From Geosiphon pyriformis uo1 (lineage: Eukaryota; Fungi; Glomeromycota), in the NCBI GenBank assembly GCA_016748015.1, contig JAAOMT010000129.1, positions 372,001 to 436,000 of the forward strand: a stretch of DNA of 64,000 nucleotides, in the 5' to 3' direction. Under the pieces are notes generated by a model, which saw only the letters and a list, made by a program, of their open reading frames with translations, ran no database searches and was not told the origin of the DNA. Position numbers and translations under genes: made by a program. Positions 51,620 to 61,777 of the stretch are shown here, in pieces. Each line of letters begins with the position of its first letter. Positions within the stretch are counted from its first letter, which is position 1.

Positions 51620-52295
51620 TATTACAGTTAAAACTCATAGTTTTTATTAGTTATCACATGTATTAGCCATTGATGTCATATAATTAGCCACCTTATTTTT
51701 TTAATAGTAATCATTGACTTGATCAATGACCTGACCATTGACTTGATCATTGACCTGGTCATTGACTACTTTCAATAGATATATAAGTGATGAGTTTCTT
51801 AGTTATAGAAAAATATTAATATAAGGAATCAAGACAATCAAAGAAATAAAATAACAAACTTCTATCTTAAATATTTTCTTATTACTAATTTCCCTTTCCC
51901 TACCTTTAAGTATCTGAACATCTTTTGAATAAAAGATTACTTGTTGGCACTTTTCTGAAATGTGTATTTGCAGTATTTGAAGATTATTTGAATAAACGTA
52001 ACTGAAAAGCACAAGTTGATACCTAATATTGAATTTTAAGAGTGCCAACATAAGGCATAAAATTATACCAGCAGTTATCAATTGTTGACAGTACGGACTA
52101 TCCCTTTACCTTCAGATTCCCTTGTTACCTTTTGAAAAGAATAGTGACTGAGATATTTTATGAGACTGATCTCGCACATTGAATCCATACTCATTCAATT
52201 TGTTCATTGAAGTTGAATTCTCTTTGATTATTTCCATTATCTTACAATCCTGTTCTCCTTTGCTATTCATTAGCTTGTTACTCCAATTCGTAACA
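51620..52295 (+). repeat. 5' LTR of Gypsy element
   Basis: Direct repeat of 58627-59314; contains a 12-bp tandem array CATTGAC(C/T)TGAT. Confidence 0.95.
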
Positions 52296-52347
52296 TAAAA
52301 GTGGTGCTCCCTGTAAGGTTGTCAAAATTCACTTATTTTCTCATTGT

Positions 52348-55300
52348 ATGGGTGATTATTCATACTTGTCACAGCAATCAGAAGAACACTTTGCAGCACA
52401 CAATAGAAATAACCTAGAGTTTATTGAACTCAATTCTTTGCCCTCTTGCTTGATCTGTTTCCCTGTTGAAGAACAATCTAGTAGACAATTCCAAAACTTT
52501 TGGAACTGGTTCCTGAATGAGCATTCAGCTAAAACCTACACAGCTTATACCATCTATTACTTTGATCAAGCTTATTTTGAAGACAATTTTGAAGAAAGAA
52601 ATACCAGCATTAATCAGCTCTTATACTCCACAACCTTTAAACAACAGCCTCTTGATTTCGAATATCTGAATCACCAAATCCATATTTGGATTGCTGTTTA
52701 CCAATTAGCTAAAAACCCCTTTGAAACAGAAGAAGAAAGTTACCAAACTGCCCCTATTTTTGATATTTTCTCAAGTAAATCAGAGCACTCTACACAAACA
52801 GTAACTCCTGAACCAATGGCCCAAGATCTAATGCAAGCAACATCCTGGCTGCCCTCCAAAGTATACAAACTGTCTTGGGGCAAAGAAACAACACTCCACT
52901 ATTATTATTTAGAGGTAATACACAAGATCCAATTGAATGGTTAGATAACTTTGAAAGAGCTGCTACAACTAATCAATACGATGATGAGTACAAGTTTCAA
53001 ATTGTTGGTGGCTATCTTCAAGGCTCTTCTGCCACCTGGTTCTCACAGAAAACTGATGCCAATGCCCATCAAAGAATCATTAGATAGATGCCAGCAAATG
53101 CTGAAGAAAACAACACCTCTTTCACAACCTGGTTTGAAAACAAGTTCAGAACCCCAATCTTGATATCCAAGTGGTGCATGAAATTGGAAAGAAGAACTCA
53201 AGGTCCAGGAGAAGTAGTAACTGAATATGCCAAAGCAATCAAAAAGTTAATCAAATGAGTGGACTCTGGAAGAAACTAGACAGAAGAACAAAAGATTTAT
53301 TCTTTTACAAAAGAATTGAGAACTGACTTATCCTATGCTCTTTGGCCTCTCTTGGCTCTAAAAAATAATCCTACAATAAACATGGCCATTGAACTTGTTC
53401 AAAGAATTGAAGACAACCAAAGAATGCACTTGGGATCCATACTTCCAGTTTTTGTTTCTACTCCTGTTATGGCTTCTGCTTCCCAAATGGCTGCTACTTC
53501 TTTTGCTGCCCAAACTCAAGACCCAAATGAACAGTTGATAGATAGACTCACAGCAAATCTTGCTCAGCTATTAGAACCATTAGCCCAAACAGTCAGAAAT
53601 AACCAGCAATCCCAAAGACCCAAATTTGAGCCACATTTCAATCAGCCTCAGCAACCATCTTATCAAAGACAACAAAATCATGGCCCACCTGTGTGCTATC
53701 ACTGTGGATTAACTGGACATTTTTCAAGAGATTGCAACAATCTTCTCTTACCCCCTCTAGCTCCCAAAAACAATGATAACTAAAACAACAGAACCATTAA
53801 CAACAATATCCTCAATCAAAGACCTAATCATGCCAATATCAATTTCTTTGGAGAGGATCCTCTAGTTGAAGCCACTGTTTATCAGCCTTTAAACTGGTAG
53901 ACACACCTCCAAAGGATGAGAGTACAAGCCAACCAGAAAAAAACCTCTTTTATGCCTTTAACTTAACTGATAATGACCATGACATGGATGAACTAGCAAT
54001 TAACACCACAGAATCAACAAGAAAAAAGAAGAAAGCCAAGATTGATTTCGTTTTGGATCCAAACAAACCATTTACATCAACTGCTGATAATAATGAGCCA
54101 CCAAAGGCTAAAGTTTTTAAAAATCCTCCAAAGTTAAAACCCCCAAAAATAGTACAAAAATCTGGACTTTATTCTGTTGTTAAAAATCTTATAGAAACCC
54201 CAGCACATATTACTTTTGGCCAGCTAATGACTCATCCACAGTTTAGAAAAGATCTCCACAAATCTCTGATCCCTAAGAAGAAAATACCAAAAACCAAAAA
54301 ATGCTCTCGTCAAGCTGGACTTGCTGACAATAGCAACGTTATCTCTTTAATTTGCAAAGTCCAAGTGGCTGGTTATTTCATTGACTTGATCCTAGACAAT
54401 GAATCATCTGTGAGTGTTATTGCCAAACATTTTTTAGAAGCAATTGGCAGAAAAATTGACAAATCTTCTACCAGACTTATGACTAATGTACATGGCAATA
54501 AAAAGAAAGATCTTGGTATTGCTAAAGCTATTTTTGTCCACATCAATGGCATCAGCATTGAAACTGATATAGAGGTTTCTGAAGCAAAAGAATACACCAT
54601 TATTGTTGGCAATGAGTGGCTCAAGAAAGCAAAAGCCTTACTCGACTATGAACTGTGTGAATTAACCATCAAATATAATAAGAAGTCCATAGTAGTTAAA
54701 TGCCACCATTGGACAACTCCCCCAGCAAACAAACAGGATCAAGAAGAAGAACAATCAGATGAATTAGATGATGAAGAGAGTGATGAAGAAGAAAAACAAG
54801 AGGAATAAGAAAAAACTGCTGAACTTGCATACACTACCTTCACCAGCAATGGCAAGCCACTGAACAATGTCAAAGCTGACAAAAAAGAAATCATTGTGAA
54901 TGGCAAGCTGATCTGCTGGCCCTATTATGATATTCTTAAAAGAACCTTTGACCAAAAACTTGGCAAGAAAGCCAAGTACTGTTATTAGTGGCATGGTCCT
55001 TGTGTCTGGTGCTGGTGCAACCAACCCTTGTATTCTCCAAGTGATGAATGCAAATCATGCCTTATCTATTACAAAGATTGGGAACCAATCAGTTTGATAC
55101 CTAGAAAAGAATTGAAAGAAGTCCAAAAGTTTTTTGAAAATGAACCACCTGAGATCCAATCACTAGTTGTAGAACAAAGAAAACTCTTTCCAGAAGAAAA
55201 AAAAATAGACATTGAAAATTTGCTGGCTAGAAACAGCCCAGTTATCTCAAAAGAAGATGATACCCCTGGACGAATTCATGTGATACAACACACCATTACC

Positions 55301-57960
55301 ACCAGAAAAACTCACCCCATCTATCTAAAGCCATATCAATTCAATTGCTATAATGATGAGTTCATCAAGAAAGAAATAAAACAAATGAAAGATCTTGGAT
55401 TCATACAAGAGACCAAGAGTGAATAAGCTTTTCCAGTTGTAGTAATATCCAAGAAAGATGGAACTCTGTGCTTCTGTGTCGATTATTGCCAATTAAATGC
55501 CATTACTGAAAGAAACATGTACCCACTTCTCAAAATTGATGCAATGCTAGATCAATTCAAAAGTGCTGCTTTTTTCTTAACCATTGATCTAACTGCTGGA
55601 TTTTTGCAAGTAGAAATGGATTCAGAAAGTCAGAAGAAAACTGCCTTCATAACCAAGTATGGCACCTATGAATTCACAATCATGCCTTTTGGTCTCATCA
55701 ATGCTCCTCCCATCTTTCAATGCTTAATAAACAAAGTATTTGAATCAATGAAAGAAAATTTTGTTTTGGTTTATTTGGATGACATAATGGTGTACTCAAA
55801 AACCTGGAATGAACATCTTAAACATTTGCAAAAGGTTTTTGACCTTCTTAAAAATGCTGGCCTTAAAATAAATCCAATCAAATTTTTCTTTGGACAGCAA
55901 TCAACCCAATTTCTTGGCCATTTTATTACAAAGGATAGAATTTTTCCTGACCCAGCCAAGGTTGAAAAAGTCCAGAACATTAGACAACCAATGAATGTTT
56001 ATGAACTGTGCTCTTTCCTTGGTTTGGCTTCTTATTATCAGAAATTTGTCAAGAATTTTTCCAAAATCACCTCTTCACTTAATCAGCTACTTAGGAAAAA
56101 TGTTAATTATTATTGGAGCACACATCAGTAGAAAGCATTTGAAACCCTCAAAGAAAAATTGGTTACAGAACTTATTCTCAAGCAACCTGATCTGGATCAA
56201 CCTTTCATCCTTCACACTGATGCATCTGGCTATGGACTTGGTGCTGTTCTCTCACAAAAAGATGAAGATAGCAGAGAATATACAATAACCTATGTTAGTA
56301 GAACCCTTACACCAGCAGAAAAAAACTATTCAGTTACTGAGCAGGAATGCTTAGCAGTAGTTTGGACTACCAGCTATTGGGATAAGTATCTCCTTGGTGT
56401 AAAGTTTTTGGTGGTAACAGATTACCAAGCTTTGGTTTGGCTGTACAACAAGAAAAGACTAGAACATAAATGGATAGCCCACTGGATACTCCACTTAGAT
56501 GAATTCGACTATGATATTCAATACCATAAAAGAGTTAATCATCAAAATGCCAACACTCTCTCCAGACTTACCACCAAATAACAGTACAACTTCCCAAACC
56601 AAACCAACCTAATTATTAGTAATTTTTTTACAACCAAACACGATAATGGACTTAGACAACTATTCTGTCTTAATAGAATTTTTGGGTAAAGGATAATACC
56701 CACTGAAATACACTTGACAGCAAAGAGAACATTTGCACAAACAATCAAATTTTTATTTGATCCGCCAGAACCAATTATATAAAAGAAATAGAAAAGATCC
56801 TGACCACTCCCAGAGAGTCATAAGATTTGAAAAAAGAGAAATTGTGATCTACAATATGTACACTGATCCATTAGCTGGACACTTTGGAAAAACAAAAACA
56901 ATTCAGAAAACTCTAGCTTGCTATTATTAGTCTATCTTGGAAAAAAACATTGCTGAGTACATCAAAACCTGTGATACTTGCCAAAAAAGAAGAAAACCCA
57001 ATCACAAAGAAGACATCCATCCAATCTCTGTTGGTCAACCCTTTGACAGAATTGGTATAGATGTTGTTGAACCATTAACAGTAACTCCTGATGGCAACAG
57101 ATACATTATCACAGCTACTGACTATCTTACAAAGTGAGTAGAAGCAAGAGCCATTCCAGATTAAATAGCAGTTTCCATTGCTAATTTCATTTATGAAGAT
57201 ATTATTTGTTGTTATGGCTGCCCCAAAGAACTTTTATCTGATAGAAGAAGAGCTTTTCTCAGTACACTGGTTGAAGAACTTTGTAGAAAAATAGAAATAC
57301 ATCACAAACTTTCCTCCCCTTATTACCCCCAAACAAATGGCCTAGTAGAACATTTCAATAGAACACTGTGTGAAACCTTAGCCAAAACAAGTAAAGAAAC
57401 AAACTTATGGGACAAAGTACTGCCTTTAGCTTTGTTTGCTTATAGAACTGTAAAGCATGACATAACAAGTTATGAACCCTTTTACCTGCTCTATGGACAA
57501 ATGGCAATACTACCAATAGAAACTGATATTGAGACAATACTCTTTAAAGAAATCACAATAGAGAATTACAAAGACATTTTGCAAAGAAGACTTGGTACCA
57601 TTCTTGACTTATTGGTAGAGGCACAGATAATTGTCTTTGAAAAGATAAAACAGTTTCAAGAGAAGCTTAAGAAAAAGAAAACCTATAAAACACTTTCCTT
57701 AAGCATTAGTGATTTGGTTTTGGAATATTATTTAGACAAAAACAATGTCTATGGTGATAAATTCTCTAGCCAATGAAAAAAACTTTTTATAGTCAACAAA
57801 GTTCTGAACAATGGTTCTTATATTCTTCAAAATCAATCCAAAACAATTTTTAATGATTATCCTGTTCATGGCACACGACTCAAGAAATATTACAAATGAT
57901 CTGATTGGTTACTTGTTGTGGTAATACCAACCCAAATGATCAGCAAAAATCAGATATAAA
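52348..57960 (+). pseudogene. Gypsy gag-pol (capsid, CCHC knuckle, protease, RT, RNase H, integrase)
   Basis: QDPIEWLDNFERAA; CYHCGLTGHFSRDC; LILD(S->N)(G->E)SSVSVI; MPFGL.NAP, VYLDDI; LHTDASG; GHFG..CDTCQK, GIDVV, PQTNGLVE. Many stops and frameshifts. Confidence 0.93.
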
Positions 57961-58000
57961 TAAATGCACCACTCCCAAAACAGAGGTATCTTCAATCAAC

Positions 58001-58657
58001 ATGAACAATTATTTTCTGGATCAAAACATTTAAAATGCTTTCTATATTCTTTATGAGTATTGGATTAAAAACTATCTAAATGCTACTCTGACCATTGAAA
58101 AACAAACTACAATAACTGACAACAGTGGAACACATACTGTTATTAGACCAAATAAAACAACTACCAGAAGAGAAAAAATTGGTAGCAAAATAGATAAGTA
58201 TTTGCTGGAAAGTATAACAGCAGCAATACTTGTACCTTCCATTACAATTGGAAAAACAATTAAAGAAATCTTGCCCATAGACAAAAACTTGTCATATGGA
58301 AGACAACTAGAACTCTATGGTCGCCTTGGTGAAATTATAGAAGACATGAAGCTCATGAAGAAAACAACTTCTAAGATACAAGTGAAAATTTTGAATATTG
58401 TATGATTAGATGTCTCAAGAGTTTTGACCATTGCAAGAAAAGCCAAAACTTTTATACAAAAATTTGGTCTCTTGAACACAAAGCTCATTTTGCCTCAAGT
58501 TTTATATATCTTATCCACAAAAAACTTCAACAAACTAGTTAGTTTTGAGTTAGATAAAACCCTTCAAATAGAGTATCCCCTAAATAGTTTGATTTCACCA
58601 GAGCTCAATCTCTTTGGAGAGGATAATGTTATGGTTAAAACTCATAGTTTTTATTAG
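58001..58657 (+). pseudogene. Extra ORF3 of unknown function between integrase and the 3' LTR
   Basis: ATG at 58001; one frame of ~218 codons joining ORF-track pieces 58202-58405 and 58424-58657; two stops (TAA, TGA) explained by C->T; runs through the PPT into the LTR. Confidence 0.65.
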
Positions 58658-59314
58658 TTATCACATGTATTAGTCACTGATGTCATATAATTAGCCACCC
58701 TATTTTTTTAATAGTGATCATTAACCTGATCAATGACCTGACCATTGACCTAATTATTGATCTAATTATTAACCTGGTCATTGACCACTTTCAATAGATA
58801 TATAAGTGATAAGTCTTTTAGTTGTAGAAAAATATCAATGTAAGGAATCAAGACAATCAAAGAAATAAAATAACAAACTTTCATCTCAAACATTCTCTTA
58901 TTGCTAATTTCCTTTTCCCTACCTTCAAGTATCTGAACATTTTTTGGATAAAAAATTACTTGTTGGCACTTTCCTGAAACGTGTATTTGCAGTATTTGAA
59001 GATTATTTGAATAAACATGACTGAAAAACACAAGTTGATACCTAATATTGAATTCTAAGAGCACCAATGTAAGGCATAGAATTATACCAGCAGTTATCAA
59101 TTGTTAACAGTATGGATTATCCTTCTACCTTCAGATTCTTTTGTTACCTTTTGAAAAGAATAGTGACTGAGATATTTTATGAGACTGATCTCGCATATTG
59201 AATCCATACTCATTCAATTTGCTCATTGAAGTTGAATTCCCTTTGATTATTTCCATCACTCTACAATCCTGTTTTCCCTTGCTATCTGTTAGCTTATTAC
59301 TCTAACCTGTAACA
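58627..59314 (+). repeat. 3' LTR of Gypsy element
   Basis: TG...CA ends; 12 bp longer than the 5' LTR (one extra tandem unit). Confidence 0.95.
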
Positions 59315-59324
59315 ATATATACAT

Positions 59325-60327
59325 TGTTACAGGTAATTCTTTGGAGTGTTGAGTGAATAACAAACTTGTAACTTGGTGCTCAAGGTGATTGGGGATGATG
59401 ATAATTTGAAGGTTTTCCAATTAAGTTCTTTGTATAATAGACAGAGATTTAATGGTAACAGTTTATCAGTAGTTTCCTGGCACTGTAGTTTTGCCAATTG
59501 CTTGCTCAGCTTGATGGTTGATGATTTTTCTGGTACGATATCCTCCATAAGTGTATACCAGTGTGGTTTCCTGATGTCAGTTCCTCCATAAGTCCTCCAA
59601 GAGTAAGTGTTGTTTAAGCAAGTTTATTCCTCCATAAATCCTCCAAGAGTAAGTATTTTTAGTAAGCTTTATTTCTCTATAAGTCCTCCAAGAGTAAATC
59701 TTTTAATCAAGTTTAGTAGACAACAAAGAAAATAAAGAAAGATAAAAGAGAAAATAAGAAATAAGCCAAGGCAATTTGCAAGTTAGTATTCTGTCAATAG
59801 TCGTAATCAAGAGCTATTGTTTCAGTATAGTTAAGTATCAGTTACCATCAACATGAAGTGTTGATAGTAGAGAATGAATTTGATATAGTGAATAATTATT
59901 TATTTGAGGATTGTGGTAACTAAGCTAAAAATTCTTGGTGTTGATTCTCTTTTTTTTTTTTAATTTTAATAATTATGATTTTGCAAGTCTAATTAATTCT
60001 ATGAGTCTAATTGACTCTGCGAATCAATTGATTCTAAGTCCCATTGACTAATTTTTTAACTTCTGATACTACTGCTATATATATGTATTTGAGATTCCTC
60101 AATTCCTCAATTCTTCATGTCAGAAATCCTGAAATTCCTGGAATTCTGCAATTCCTTTAAGAGGAATTCTGGAATTCTGGAATCCTGGAATTCCTCGTGT
60201 GAGAATCCTGCAATTCCTGGAATTCTGCAATTCCTCTGAAAGAAATCCTGGAATTCCACATTTACTACATCTATCTATGATTGGCTAATTTATATGCTAA
60301 TATACTTCTTATATTTTATGAGTAACA
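59325..60327 (-). mobile_element. Solo LTR (GGAATTCC-repeat family)
   Basis: TGTTAC...GTAACA; exact 4-bp TSD ACAT at 59321-59324 and 60328-60331; homologous to LTR 61778-62654; internal ~46-bp triple repeat and GGAATTCC array. Confidence 0.92.
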
Positions 60328-60331
60328 ACAT

Positions 60332-61773
60332 TAAAGTCTACTATTATTTAGATAAAACAGCAAATATTAAAAAACTTAAAAAACAAATTTACTAAAACTT
60401 GCTATTATATTCAATTTTAATTATCAAAAGAGCAATTACAGAAACTTTTCTTCTTATTGACAAAGAAATTAAAATATATACACAAAATTGTTATTTACAG
60501 CTTAAAAAAATTACAGCATAAAAGTTTTTTTTAAGAAATTTATGTCAAATAAAGAAAGCAATATCTAATAATATTTTGTATAAGAAAAATTTCAACTTAT
60601 AACAAACAAAAAGTTAAGATTTTTTTTACCAATAATATTATCTTATTATTAGATTTCAAAAAGCAAAATTATACTAAATTAACTAAATAGCTCACAGCCA
60701 AAAACTCCAAAAACTCCTGAAAATTTTTATTTTTAAGATTTTAATCAAAATTTCTGAACCAAATTATTAAAAAAATATAAAATACTATTTGAAAATTTTA
60801 TTTCAGCAACAAATTCTGCTTTCCAAAATATTTTTTCTTGAAAACAACAAATGTTAAAATCACTAACCAAATTAATAACTATTTTATTAAAAAGAACATC
60901 AATATTTCAAATTATTATAACAATCAATAAAAAAAAACAACCAGTTATATGCTTAATAAAACAACTAAACATATTTTTTTAAATATATTTTTTTTTAATA
61001 AATAAATAACTCCTTATCATTTTAGTTATAACTTACAGAGATATTATTAAATTGGAAAAATTATTTGGTAAAAAAATACATATATATGAATTATAAAAAC
61101 AAAAAAAACAATTACAACCAATAATTAAAACAAAGCCAGAATAATTTAGGCCTTATATTTTTTTTAACTAAAATCACAAACTTATAGTAATAAAGTTTCA
61201 AGAAAAAACTGATTAACTTTATTATTTTTAAACTTGTTTTTTTACAATATTTTTGTAATTTAAATACACTTATCAGACTTCAAAATCAATTTAACATGAT
61301 AAAACAAAAAAATTACAAAACTATAATCATTTATTTTAAAAAAATCAATTAAACTCTCTGCCAAATTCAGATAATTAAAAGAGACTATTACACTCCAGAT
61401 TAAATTTTTAACCAATTTATTAAAAAACTAAAAAACAACATTTTTTAATTTATTAGATCTTAATATTTTGGTACTTTATAAAAAACAGTAATACTTGTCT
61501 ATAACTTTAAATTAATAAACCAAAAGCCAATTATATACAAGCTATTAATTTGGCCATAAATAGAGTCTTCAATATTAACATAAAACTTACCTAATTAAGT
61601 AAAAAGTTAACTCAGAAAATTAAAAAAATTTTTGCCAGAAATTTAAAAATATATTAGTCTTTATAACACCAAAAAAATATTAATACTACAAAATATCAAC
61701 AATAATACTGCCAATAATAATACTAATCTTGAAAACAAAACTCTTACAATTGTTATTATTATTAAAAACTTAA
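60332..61773 (+). pseudogene. Ghost Gypsy gag (host of the LTR insertions; probably continues from ~50950-51619)
   Basis: ITYRDIIKLEKLFG.., TITTNN(W)N.AR, FLQYFCNLNTLIRLQNQFNMIKQ, IFNQFIK(G)L: retrotransposon-gag pattern with transition damage. Confidence 0.7.
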
Positions 61774-61777
61774 ACAT

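Larger units (their letters stand above)
51620..59314 (+). mobile_element. Complete Ty3/Gypsy LTR retrotransposon, inactivated
   Basis: LTRs 51620-52295 and 58627-59314 (T(G)TTA...TAACA); PBS TGGTGCTCCCTGTAAGG at 52302; PPT GGAGAGGATAA before the 3' LTR; 4-bp TSD ATAT; domain order gag-PR-RT-RH-IN. Confidence 0.96.

Noticed and set aside
51803-52081. Duplicated minus-strand ORF (also 58762-59100) as a gene pair
   Set aside because: Both lie inside the two LTRs, so the duplication is explained by LTR identity.
58001-58657. ORF3 as a retroviral-type envelope gene
   Set aside because: Too short; no signal peptide, furin site/fusion peptide or transmembrane anchor is visible.
59583-59718. Three ~45-46-bp repeats resembling a CRISPR array
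   Set aside because: The inter-repeat parts are similar to each other, the array lies inside an LTR, the context is eukaryotic, and there are no cas genes.
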